From the NCBI GenBank assembly GCA_963818245.1, contig CAWFSD010000001.1:2749-66748 (forward strand): a stretch of DNA of 64,000 nucleotides, given 5' to 3'. Within the stretch, counting starts at the first letter, position 1. The number at the start of each line of letters is the position of its first letter. Shown piece after piece: positions 21,601-31,537 of the stretch. The stretch is from an uncultured Planctomycetota bacterium (GTDB lineage Bacteria; Planctomycetota; UBA11346). Position numbers and translations under genes: made by a program. The notes under the pieces are model-generated. The model ran no database searches. It saw only the letters and a program-made list of their open reading frames with translations, and was not told the DNA's origin.

Positions 21601-23402
21601 CCCGCCCGCCGCCGCAGCCGTCCGGAACCACTTCCAGCGCCCGCCAGCGGGCGCAGATCGGGCCGCCGCGCGTGCTGCCGCTGCGCGTCGCCGCGCAGGT
21701 GGCGTGGCGCTCGATCCGCGTGCGCCTGGTGCGCAGCCTGGTCAGCGTCTCGTCGGTGGTCCTGGCGGTCGCCTTCCTGCTCGCGGTGCTCGGCCAGGGC
21801 CTGACCGAGGCCAACGTCTACCGCCGCTGGCGCGCCCAGAGCCTGCCCGGCGAGCAGCTGGCGCAGCTGCGCGAGGTGCTCGCCCGTCCGCGCAGCGTCG
21901 CCGAGCTGCTGCGCCTGGTGGCGCGCGCGCCCGCGCCCGCCCAGCCGGTCGCGGACGCTGTCCCGCCCGGCACCGCGCAGACGGCGGTGCGCCTGATCGC
22001 GTGGGCCGCCGCGCTCAAGCCCACCCACGCCTACCTGCTGACGCGCAACCGCGACCTGGCGGACTGGGCGCTGCACGTCGACTCGCCGGCCGCGGTCGAC
22101 GCGCTGATCGCCAGCGCCGCGGGCTTCACCGGCCGGCGCCTGCCGCTGGCGCGCGAGGAGCTGATCACGCTGTCGCGGCACGCGCCGGGCCTCGCCGCCG
22201 CGGTCGACGCGCTGCGCCTCGCCGAACCGGCGCGCCTGGCGCGCGTCGCCGCGGCCGGCGGCGTCGAGGCGGTGCTCGACCTGGTGCAGCGCGGCGCCGC
22301 GCCCGGCGACCTGCGCGAGGCCGGCCTGCCCCTCGACGAGGCGCTGCCGGGGCTGGACGCCGCGCAGACCCACGCGCTGCGCGAGCAGATCCGCATCGAG
22401 CGCCTGCGCACGCGCGCCGCCGCGGTGCTGGCCGAGGCCAACCGCATCGATCCCTCGCTGCTGCGCACCCAGGACGTCACCGACTGGGCCGCGCTGGCCC
22501 GCGCCTGGCCGGGCAACCGCCTGCTCGCCCGCCTCGAGCTGCTCTTCGGCGTCGATGGCGTCCACTCGCCCGACCCCGCGCGCCTGGTCCACGACGCGCA
22601 GGCGCAGGGCGAGCTGGTCACCGCGCTCGACCGCGAGCTGGCGCGCCCCGAACTCTACGACGAAGAGGCGTGGCGCCAGGAAACGCTGCCGGCCGAGGCG
22701 CTCGGCCTGCTCAAGCAGAACCTCGCGCGCATGGCCGAGCGCCGGCTGACGCGCCTCAACCGCCTGCTGCTCGAGCACGCGCTCGCCCCCGCGCTGACCG
22801 GCGGGCCCGCGCTCGAGACCTTCGACCTGCGCCAGATCGTCGGCGACCACCCCGACGCCACCGGTGCGCGCACGCGCGCGCTGGTGACCGCCGCCCTCGG
22901 GGCGGACGGCGCCGCCGAGCTGCGCGCCGAGCTGCTGCAGCGCGCCCAGCTCGAGGAGCTGGCGCGCACCTTCGCCGGCGACCGCGGCACCCCGGGCGGC
23001 GGGCGCACGGTGTGGCTGGTGGTGCTGTCGCTGCTGGTGTGCGTGGTCGGCATCGTCAACACCATGATGATGGCGGTCACCGAGCGCTTCCGCGAGATCG
23101 CCACCATGAAGTGCCTGGGCGCGCTCGACTCGTTCATCGTCAAGTCGTTCCTCATCGAGTCCGCGGCCATGGGCGTGGCCGGTTCGCTGGTCGGGGTGGT
23201 GCTGGGCCTGGCGCTGGTGGTGGTGCAGGCCGCGACGCGCTTCGGGGCGGTGTTCTGGGCGACCCTGCCGGTCGCCGACCTGCTCGCCGCGTGCGTCGCC
23301 GGCATGGTCGCCGGACTGGTCCTCGCCGTCCTCGGCGCGCTGCTGCCGGCGCTGGTGGCGGCGCGCATGCACCCGATCGAAGCGATGCGGGTGGACGCGT
23401 GA
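21597..23402 (+). CDS. FtsX/MacB-type ABC permease with a ~400-aa extracytoplasmic insert
   Basis: The ATG overlaps the upstream stop (ATGA). The TM1 region RVRLVRSLVSVSSVVLAVAFLLAVLG is followed by a long Ala/Leu/Arg-rich helical segment. The C-terminal FtsX module follows: VVGIVNTMMMAVTERFREIATMKCLGALDSFIVKSFLIESAAMGVAGSLVG...LLPALVAARMHPIEAMRVD. Confidence 0.75.
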   Translation: MTRPPPQPSGTTSSARQRAQIGPPRVLPLRVAAQVAWRSIRVRLVRSLVSVSSVVLAVAFLLAVLGQGLTEANVYRRWRAQSLPGEQLAQLREVLARPRSVAELLRLVARAPAPAQPVADAVPPGTAQTAVRLIAWAAALKPTHAYLLTRNRDLADWALHVDSPAAVDALIASAAGFTGRRLPLAREELITLSRHAPGLAAAVDALRLAEPARLARVAAAGGVEAVLDLVQRGAAPGDLREAGLPLDEALPGLDAAQTHALREQIRIERLRTRAAAVLAEANRIDPSLLRTQDVTDWAALARAWPGNRLLARLELLFGVDGVHSPDPARLVHDAQAQGELVTALDRELARPELYDEEAWRQETLPAEALGLLKQNLARMAERRLTRLNRLLLEHALAPALTGGPALETFDLRQIVGDHPDATGARTRALVTAALGADGAAELRAELLQRAQLEELARTFAGDRGTPGGGRTVWLVVLSLLVCVVGIVNTMMMAVTERFREIATMKCLGALDSFIVKSFLIESAAMGVAGSLVGVVLGLALVVVQAATRFGAVFWATLPVADLLAACVAGMVAGLVLAVLGALLPALVAARMHPIEAMRVDA

Positions 23403-23473
23403 GGATCGTCGAGCAGCGTTGGGAGCCGCGCGCGGGGCTGGTGGTGGACTGGCGTCGCCCCAGCCGCCGGGGG

Positions 23474-23607
23474 GAGGCGCGAGGCGCGAGGCGCGAGGCG
23501 CGAGGCGCCGGGACGCGGTCGCCCGGCTCGCTCAGGCGGGGATCAGCGCCGCGCTGGGCGGGCGTGGCGTCGCCGCCCTCGCGCCTCGTGCCTCGCGCCT
23601 CGCGCCT
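23474..23607. repeat. Palindrome with GAGGCGC heptamer tandem arms inside the operon
   Basis: Five tandem gaggcgc units (23474-23508) face ctcgcgcctcgtgcctcgcgcctcgcgcct (23578-23607) across a ~70-nt loop. The element sits in the only sizeable intergenic gap of the operon. Its right arm overlaps the probable start of the next gene. Confidence 0.75.
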
Positions 23608-26600
23608 TTCCTGCTGATCGCGCTGGCGCTGCCTGGCCGCGCCCGGCGCCTCGGCCGCGGAGCCGGACCTCGATCCCAACGCCATCCGCTCCCTCGCCGA
23701 GACCCTCATCGCCATCCCCGAGCGCACCATGGGCACGCCCGGCGCCGAGCAGGCGCTGAGCGTGCTCGAGCACCGCCTGCAGGCCGCGGGCCTGACGCCG
23801 CTGCGCGTGCGCACCACGGTGACGGTGGCGGCCGACCGCGGGTCGTGGCTGGAGGTCGGCGGCAAGCGCCTGGCGATCGCGCCCCACCAGAGCAACCACG
23901 CGGCCACCGCCGGCACCGGCGGGCGCACCATCTCGGCGCGCCTGGTCTTCGCGGGCCGCGGCACGCTGCCCGAGCTCGGCGGCAAGCCGATCGCCGGCAA
24001 CATCGTGGTCCTCGACGGCGACGCGCGCAGCGGCTGGACCACGGTCGCGTCGCTGGGCGCGGCGGCGGTGGTGTTCCGGCGCAGCGACGGCATGGACGGC
24101 TACCACCTCGCCGGCCAGACGGTGGCGGCGAGCCTGGTCTTCCCGCGCTTCGTCGCCGACCTCGATCCGGCGCTGGACGGCCAGCCGGCGCTGCTGCAGT
24201 CCGAGGTCGCCTGGGAGCCGCGCGCCGCGAGCTCGCTGATCGCGCTGATCCCCGGCACCGGCAGCGGGCGCGAGGCGGTGGTGCTGACCGCCGGCTACGA
24301 GGCGGGCGGGCCGATCGACCACCTCACTCCTGGCGCGACCCGGGCCTGGAACGCCGCGCTGCTCGCCGAGCTGGCGGTCGCGCTGGCGAAGGCGCCGCCG
24401 CAGCGCAGCGTCCTGGTGGTCTTCAACGGCGGCCGCGCCGAGTACTTCCGCGGCCTGCGCCAGGTGATGGGCGCGCTGACCCTCGACCGCCAGTCCGACC
24501 GCGGGCTGTCCCCCGCCAACCGCATCGTCGACCTGCTCGGCGACGCCGAGGCCGCGCGCTCGCGCACCATGCTGGTCGCCGACACCCTGGCCGCCGTCGA
24601 TCCCGCCGGTGCCGGCCTGGCCGAGGCGCTGCGCCGCGGCCTGCGCCAGCGCATCCCGGCCGGTGCGGACGCCGCCGAGCAGGGCCGCCAGGCGCAGCTG
24701 CTGCTCGAACTGGTGCTCGCCAACGAGGCCGGCGACCGCGCCGACGTGCTGCTCGAGGGCGTCGACCACCTGCGCGAGCGCCAGGCGGAGCTGCGCCGCG
24801 GCGGCAGCGCCGACGCCCTCGCCCAGGTGCGGAGCGAGCTCGCCAAGGAGGAGCCGGTCTACCAGCGCTGGCGCTCGCTGCAGCAGCGCCTCGACTACGG
24901 CAAGGACCTCGACGAGGACGGCGACCGCGCGCTCGGCGAGCTGCTGCCGGCGGCGCGCGCCCTGGTCGCGCGCCACCGCAGCGTGGTCGACGACCGCGCC
25001 GCCGACCTGCGCAGCCTGGCGGCGGCGCGCGCGCTGGCGGCGAAGCTCGACCCCATCCACCTGGTGGCCCTCGACTTCAGCGACGGCAACGACGCCTTCT
25101 CGACCGCCACCGGCGGCTTCTTCGTGACCTGGTCGAACGACCTCAGCTGGCTGCACAAGGCGGTGCTCAAGCTCGCCACCGGCGGCGCGCTGCGCAGCGC
25201 CTACGACCCGGCGCCGCAGCAGCTGCCCGCGGACAGCGGCGCGTTCTTCCCCGCCGAGTGGATGCACGAGGCCGGCGCGGTCGGCAACTTCCTGCCCGCG
25301 GTGACCTTCGCCACCACCAACGACGCGCGCCTGCGCGTCGGCACCCCGCTCGACACCGCCGCGGCCTTCCGCGCCGGCGCCTTCCTGCACCAGTGCGCGG
25401 GGCTGCTGCCGCTGCTGAGCGCCTACATCGACTGCCCCGACATCGCCGACCGCAAGCCCAAGACGCTGGTCTTCAAGCAGCCGCTGATCGGCGTCGAGGC
25501 GCGCGCCACCGGGTCGAAGAACGGCCGCCGGCCCTTCCCCTTCGCGCTCAGCACCATGGTCTTCGGCTGGCGCTCGGACCTGGTCGGCGACGTGCGCGCC
25601 TGGGAGACGGAGTGGGGCGACCTCGCCGGCAACGCCCAGGTGCTGTTCGAGAGCGAGTTCTCGCCCGGCATGGGCCACGGCCTGCCGCTGACCATCTACG
25701 GCTGCGACGCGCGCGGCGGCATCACCCACGTCATCGCCAGCGGCGGGCAGCAGAAGACCAACCCGGGGCTGGAGCTGGGCATCAACCAGAAGCTCGAGGA
25801 CAAGCTGGTGCTGCTGTTCCGCGCCGTCCCCAGCCGCCTGCACGGCGCCTTCGACCCGCGCCTGCTCACCGAGCTCGGCGCGGTCACGCCGCTCTCGGCC
25901 TACCGCAACGCGCAGCCGAACTTCTACCACTGCGAGGCCGCCGACGGGCAGATCGCGGTGTTCACCGAGCCCGACGTGCCGCTGCTGGTCACCGCCTCGC
26001 AGGGCCGCGTCGGCAACCGCCTGGTGCTGCTCGGCGAGCCCGGGGCCAAGGCCGGCGACTACGCCGGGCGCGGCGCCGGCGGCGCGCTCGCGCGGTTGAC
26101 CCCGCTCGACGCCGCCGAGGACATGTGGCACCTGGACGAGCAGCGCCTCGCGCTGCTGCGCCACAGCGGCATCGAGCCGGACAGCCTGGTGACCCTGCAC
26201 GCCGCCGCCGAGCGCCAGCTGACCCTGGCGCGCCAGGCCTGGCAGCGCGGCGACATCGCCGGCGCCAGCGGCGCCGCGCAGGCCTCGTGGGCGCTGACCA
26301 GCCGCGTCTACCCCAACCTGCTCGCCACCGCCAACGACGTGGTCTACGGCCTGGTGGTGCTGCTGTTCTTCGCCATCCCCTTCGCGCTGATCTGCGAGCG
26401 CCTGTTCCTGGCCGGCGGGACCGTGGTGCGCAAGGTCGCGGGATTCGCCGGCTGCTTCACCGCGGTGTTCCTGTTCTTCCTGTGCTTCCACCCGGCGTTC
26501 TCGCTCGCCACCACGCCGATGATCATCTTCCTCGCCTTCGTCATCATCCTGATGAGCATGTGGGTCATCGGCATCATCGCCGCGCGCTTCGAGCAGGAGA

Positions 26601-28452
26601 TGGAGACGATCCGCATGGCCGGCGAGGGCCACCACCGCGCCGACGTCAGCCGCCTGGGCGTGCTGCTCGCCACCGTCGCGCTCGGCACCAGCAACATGCG
26701 GCGCCGCCCGCTGCGCACCGCGCTGACCGCGGCGACGGTGGTGCTGATGACCTTCATCCTGCTGACCTTCGCCGGCTTCAACCCGGTCAACGGCACCCAG
26801 CGCATCGCCCTCGACGCGCCGGCCCCCTACCAGGGCGTGCTGCTGCGCTTCAACGGCTGGTCGGCCCTGCCGGAGCCCACCCTCGAGCGCATGGAGTCGA
26901 GCTGGGGCACGCAGCTGGTCGCCTACCCGCTGCGCTGGCTGCAGCCCTCGACCGAGGTGCCCAAGTTCCCGCTCAGCGGACCGGGCGGCACCAGCCAGGT
27001 CACCGGCGTGGTCGGCGTGCGCGCCGGGCGACCCCACCGGCATCGAGACCGCGCTGCTGCGCGGCCCCGCCGCGGTCGGCACGCCGCGCGGCTTCGGCAG
27101 CGAGGGCGACTGGCTGTTCCTGCCCGAGGAGATCCTGCGCCGCATCGGCGTGCAGCCGGGCGGGAAGCTGCGCTTCCGCGGCCGCGAGATGACGGCCGGG
27201 CTGATCGACGTGCGCGCCCTGGCCGGCGTCACCCAGCTCGGCGGCGAGGCCCCGACGCCGCTCGCCCTCGAGGCCCTCGAGCAGGGCCAGGCCGCCGCCC
27301 AGGCCAGCAGCGCGAGCGGCGACGCGCCGAGCGTCGAGAGCAACTCGGTGCGTGCACCTCGGCGCCGCGGCGGTGGCGGTGGCGCGCGCCGAGACCGTCG
27401 CCGGGCTGGGCGGCACGCTGCGCGCCATCAGCCTGGTGCCGCGCGACGCCAGCATCGACCTCGCCCACCTCGCCGACGACCTCGCGCAGCAGGTCGCGAC
27501 CACCCTGCGCGTCGGCGACCAGGGCGAGAGCTACCTGCTGACCGGGGTCAGCCGCATCTCGGTCGCCGGCCTGGGCTCGGTGCTGGTGCCGCTGGTCCTC
27601 GGCGGCCTGGTGATCTTCTCGACCATGCTCAACTCGGTGGCGGAGCGCGGGCGCGAGATCTTCATCTACGCCTCGCTCGGCCTGTCGCCGACGCACGTCG
27701 CCGCGCTGTTCCTGGTCGAGGCCGGCATCTACGCGGTGCTCGGCGGCATCGGCGGCTACATGCTGGCGCAGGGCACGGTCTCGGCGCTCGGCTTCGCCGC
27801 CGACCTCGGCTTCGGCACGCGGCCGGACCTCAACTACTCCAGCTTCGCCGCGGTGCTGACCATCCTCATCGTCATGGCCACGGTGCTGCTGTCGGCGCTC
27901 TACCCGGCGCTGGTCGCCTCGCGCACCGCCAACCCGGGCAGCGGCGGCGAGTTCCGCCTGCCCAAGCCGGAGGGTGACAGCATCGCCGCCGCCTTCCCCT
28001 TCACCGTCGCGGCGCGCGACATCCGCGGCCTGCTCGCCTTCCTGCGCCGCTGGCTCGAGCTGCACACCGAGGCTTCGACCGGCGCCTTCACCGCGGCCGA
28101 GGCGTTCCTGACCATCGACGACCCGCGCTTCGCGGTCACCGCCACGACCTGGCTGGCGCCCTTCGACCTCGGCATCAGCCAGCGCTTCACCCTGATCGCC
28201 GAGCGCACCGACGTGGCGGCGATCTACGCGGTGCGCATCGAACTCGAGCTGCTGTCCGGCCAGCGCTCGGCGTGGCGCCGCGCCAACGTCGCCTTCATGC
28301 GCCAGCTGCGCCAGCAGTTCCTGGTCTGGCGCACGCTCGCGCCCGAGGCCATGGACCGCTACCGCGCCGCCGGTGGCGATGAGCAGGCGGGCGTGCGCCT
28401 GGCGGCCCACCTGCCCGCGCCGGCCCTGCCGACGGTCGGGGACGCCCCATGA
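23588..28452 (+). CDS. Giant (~1620 aa) fusion: signal peptide, PA-domain/M28-peptidase-like periplasmic region (apparently ligand-less), multi-span region, MacB-type FtsX permease module, C-terminal soluble domain; about four apparent frameshifts
   Basis: The tentative GTG 23588 gives M-PRASRL-FLLIALALPG..ASA|AEPD, a signal-peptide shape, after two indels near 23605 and 23635. The main frame 23672-27030 reads ..RTMGTPGAEQALSVLEHRLQAAGL.., then a PA-like block (ISARLVFAGRGTLPELGGKPIAGNIVVLDG..GAAAVVF), then ..LIALIPGTGSGREAVVLTAGYEAG... TM clusters lie at ~26340-26590. MacB TM1 is NMRRRPLRTALTAATVVLMTFILLTFAG. Frames switch at 27026-27028 and ~27345. The FtsX module is 27550-27930 (FSTMLNSVAERGREIFIYASLGLSPTHVAALFLVEAGIYAVLGG). 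About 170 further aa run to the stop at 28452. Confidence 0.7.
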
Positions 28453-30431
28453 GCGCCCTCGCCGACCGCGAACTGCAGCAGTACCGCGACCTGGTCAAGG
28501 CGCCGGGGACCTGGGACGACGGCTTCAGCTGGCGCACCCTGCTCGGCGCGGTGTTCGTCGGCCTGCTCATGCTGCCGGCCTCGATGTACATGAGCCTGGC
28601 CATCGGCGAGGGCATCGGCCCGGCGGCCAAGTGGGTGACGGTGATCCTCTTCCTGGAGGTCGCCAAGCGCGCGCGCTCGTCGCTGAAGCCGGCCGAGATC
28701 TTCATCCTCTTCGCCATGGTCGGCACGCTGGTCGGCAGCCCGATGCAGAGCTTCTTCTGGAACCAGTTCCTGGTCCAGTCCGAGGCGGCGCGCGGCTTCG
28801 GCCTGACCGACAGCTTCCCGACCTGGTTCGCGCCCAGCGACCCGGCGGTGCTCGACAAGCGCAGCTTCTTCATGTGGGAGTGGTTCGTGCCGATCGTGCT
28901 GCTGTTCATCTCGCAGGTGATCGGGCGCATCGACAGCCTGGTGCTGGGCTACGGCCTGTTCCGCGTCACCAGCGACATCGAGAAGCTGCCCTTCCCGATG
29001 GCGCCGATGGGCGCGGCCGGCGTCACCGCGCTGTCGGAGAACCTGACCGGCAACGAGGGCTGGCGCTGGCGCTGCTTCTCGATCGGCGCGGCCTTCGGCC
29101 TGGTCTTCGGCTTCATCTACGCCGGCGTGCCGGTGATCTCGACCGCGCTGGGCATGAACGCGCCGCTGCAGATCCTGCCGCTGCCGTGGCTGGAGACCTC
29201 GACCACCACCCAGGACCTGCTGCCGGCGACGCCCACCGGCATCAGCTTCGACCTCGGCAACTTCTTCCTCGGCATGGCGCTGCCGTTCTTCGGCGTGGTC
29301 GGCGCGGCGCTGGCCCTGGTCATCACCTGCATCGCCAACCCGCTGCTGTTCAAGTACCACGTGCTGACCAGCTGGAAGCCGGGGATGAGCACCACCGAGA
29401 TCCTCTACAACAACAGCGTCGACTTCTACCTCAGCTTCGGCATCGGCCTGGCCCTGGCGGTGGCCGGCATCGGCATCTGGCAGTGCCTGGCGACGCTGCG
29501 GCGCGGGCGCGAACCGTCGTTCGACCGCGCCACGGTGGTGGCGGCGCCGGCGCGCCCTTCGCGCGCACGCGGCGACATCCGCACGCCGCTGATCATCGCC
29601 ACCTACCTGGCCAGCTCGACCTTCTACATCCTGCTGTGCGGCTTCCTGCTGCACTGGGACTTCCGCGGCAGCCGGCTGCTGTGGGTGCTGCTGTTCTTCG
29701 CCTTCATCTACACGCCGCTGGTCAGCTACGTCACCGCCCGCCTGGAGGGCCTCGCCGGCCAGGCCCTCGACCTGCCCTACATCCGCGAGGCGGCCTTCAT
29801 CTTCTCCGGCTTCCACGGCATCGAGATCTGGCTGCTGCCCATCCCGATGCGCAACTTCGGCGGCGAGGACACCGTCAACTACCGCATCGCCGAGCTGGTC
29901 GGCTGCTCGTTCCGCTCGATCTGGAAGATGACCCTGGTGGTGACGCCGCTGGTGTTCGCGCTGTCGGTCCTCTACGGCCAGTTCATCTGGTCGCTCGGCC
30001 CCATCCCCGGCCCGCAGTACCCCTACGCCCAGCAGCTGTGGGAGCTGAACGCGCGCCAGCAGTGCCTGGTCTACACCGCCACCACGGGCGGCTTCAGCCC
30101 GTTCATGGAGGCGGTCAAACCCGGCATCATCGCCGCCGGCGGCGTCATCGGCGTGGCCACCTACGCCGGGCTGTCGGCCTTCGGCCTGCCGGTCCTGCTG
30201 CTCTACGGCGTGGTCAAGGGCCTCGGCGGCTCGATCCCGCAGTACCTGCTGCTGCAGCTGGTCGGCGCGCTGTTCGGGCGCTACGTGCTCGAGCGGCGCT
30301 TCGGCTCCGAGCGCTGGCGCGGCTACGCGCCGGTGCTGTTCGCCGGCTATTCCTGCGGCGCCGGCCTGGCCACGGCGTTCGCGGTGGGCGTCAAGTTCCT
30401 CTCCGCCTCGGTGTTCCAGCTGTCGTTCTGA
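28449..30431 (+). CDS. Large polytopic membrane protein (660 aa), third member; possibly OPT-superfamily-like
   Basis: The ATG overlaps the upstream stop (ATGA). The ORF is intact with about 14-16 hydrophobic spans. The motif DIEKLPFPMAPMGAAGVTAL parallels HERLPFPLA in the two paralogs upstream. Confidence 0.7.
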   Translation: MSALADRELQQYRDLVKAPGTWDDGFSWRTLLGAVFVGLLMLPASMYMSLAIGEGIGPAAKWVTVILFLEVAKRARSSLKPAEIFILFAMVGTLVGSPMQSFFWNQFLVQSEAARGFGLTDSFPTWFAPSDPAVLDKRSFFMWEWFVPIVLLFISQVIGRIDSLVLGYGLFRVTSDIEKLPFPMAPMGAAGVTALSENLTGNEGWRWRCFSIGAAFGLVFGFIYAGVPVISTALGMNAPLQILPLPWLETSTTTQDLLPATPTGISFDLGNFFLGMALPFFGVVGAALALVITCIANPLLFKYHVLTSWKPGMSTTEILYNNSVDFYLSFGIGLALAVAGIGIWQCLATLRRGREPSFDRATVVAAPARPSRARGDIRTPLIIATYLASSTFYILLCGFLLHWDFRGSRLLWVLLFFAFIYTPLVSYVTARLEGLAGQALDLPYIREAAFIFSGFHGIEIWLLPIPMRNFGGEDTVNYRIAELVGCSFRSIWKMTLVVTPLVFALSVLYGQFIWSLGPIPGPQYPYAQQLWELNARQQCLVYTATTGGFSPFMEAVKPGIIAAGGVIGVATYAGLSAFGLPVLLLYGVVKGLGGSIPQYLLLQLVGALFGRYVLERRFGSERWRGYAPVLFAGYSCGAGLATAFAVGVKFLSASVFQLSF

Positions 30432-30448
30432 TCCCGGGAAGCCACGCC

Positions 30449-31249
30449 ATGAACCAGCCGACCAGCACCTACCAGACCTACTGGGACCCCGAGAGCAACG
30501 CGCGCCACCGCGAGTACGCCACCGGGCGCACGGTGATCGTGCGCGCGCGCGACGTGCGCAAGGTCTACCAGCGCGGCAACGCCGAGCCGGTGCAGGCGCT
30601 GCGCGGCGTGACCATGGAGATCTACGCCGGCGAGTACCTGGCGATCATGGGCCCGTCGGGCTCGGGCAAGTCGACCTTCTTCAACGCCATCGGCGGCCTC
30701 GACCGCCCGACCTCGGGCCAGGTCTACATCGACGAGGTCGACATCGCCCAGCTCGACGCGCGCGAGCTGGCCTGGCTGCGCTGCCGCAAGATCGGCTACA
30801 TCTTCCAGAGCTACAACCTGATCCCGGTGATGACCGCGATCGAGAACGTGATGCTGCCGATGACCTTCGCCGGCACGCCCGGCGACGTGGCGCGGCACAA
30901 GGCCGCCGGGCTGTGCGAGCTGGTCGGCATCGGCCACCGCCTGGACAACAAGCCGAGCGAGCTCTCCGGCGGGCAGCAGCAGCGCGTCGCCATCGCGCGC
31001 AGCCTGGCCAACGACCCGGCGATCATCCTGGCCGACGAGCCGACCGCGAACCTCGACTCCAAGACCGGCCTGGAGATCATCCGCCTGCTGGTGGAGCTCA
31101 AGATCAAGAAGGGCGTGACCATCATCAGCGCCACCCACGACCACGAGATGCTCGCGGTCAGCGACCGCGTGCTGTGGATCAAGGACGGCACCGTCGACCG
31201 CGTCGAGCTGCGCGAGGACCTGAAGATCGAGAAGGGGTCGATCGGCTGA
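30449..31249 (+). CDS. ABC transporter ATP-binding protein, LolD/MacB/FtsE-like
   Basis: Walker A GPSGSGKST, Q-loop IFQSYNL, signature LSGGQQQRVAIARSL, Walker B IILADEPTANLD and H-loop ISATHD are all present. A ~25-aa N-terminal extension precedes them. Intact. Confidence 0.9.
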   Translation: MNQPTSTYQTYWDPESNARHREYATGRTVIVRARDVRKVYQRGNAEPVQALRGVTMEIYAGEYLAIMGPSGSGKSTFFNAIGGLDRPTSGQVYIDEVDIAQLDARELAWLRCRKIGYIFQSYNLIPVMTAIENVMLPMTFAGTPGDVARHKAAGLCELVGIGHRLDNKPSELSGGQQQRVAIARSLANDPAIILADEPTANLDSKTGLEIIRLLVELKIKKGVTIISATHDHEMLAVSDRVLWIKDGTVDRVELREDLKIEKGSIG

Positions 31250-31280
31250 GCCGGCTTGCCATGATGTGAGCGGGGTTTTC

Positions 31281-31421
31281 GCCGCAGAGACGCAGAGGTG
31301 CAGAGAGGGCCGCAGAGGAGATGGGAGCGGACGTGGCATTGTGGAACCCGAGTGATCTCCATGTGGCGCTGGGGCAGGCCGTCCTCTGCGGCCCTCTCTG
31401 GAGCTCTGCGCCTCTGCGGCC
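31281..31421. repeat. Palindrome with GCAGAGG-type heptamer arms at the operon 3' end
   Basis: gccgcagagacgcagaggtgcagagagggccgcagaggag faces gtcctctgcggccctctctggagctctgcgcctctgcggc, a near-perfect reverse complement by eye, across a ~60-nt loop. It begins 32 nt after the ATPase stop. Confidence 0.75.
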
Positions 31422-31537
31422 ATGAACCCGGAGCGAAGCCGGCGACCCGTTCAACAGAAGCGCTCGTGCTTGTATCGGGATATTCGCGCGCGAGGGTCAC
31501 TGCGGCCACCTGTCCACGAGTCACAACGGAGCGTCCC

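Noticed and set aside
19437-23372. A 1311-aa ORF on the minus strand, together with similar giants: 23543-27343 (-) 1266 aa, 15671-18097 (-) 808 aa, 8371-11055 (-) 894 aa, 8457-10817 (+) 786 aa, 23419-27192 (+) 1257 aa and 43468-45375 (+) 635 aa.
   Set aside because: These are shadow ORFs typical of very GC-rich DNA. Their translations are dominated by Arg, Ala, Gly, Pro, His and Gln with almost no Lys, Ile, Asn, Phe or Tyr. They carry no motifs. Each lies antisense to, or out of frame with, a frame that shows clear family signatures.
23474-23508. Short tandem repeats (gaggcgc x5, and similar runs at 12325-12348, 40975-41000 and 8131-8157) were considered as possible CRISPR arrays.
   Set aside because: The repeat period is only 7-9 nt with no spacers, and each run is paired with an inverted copy that forms a palindrome. 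No cas genes are present. This is not CRISPR architecture.
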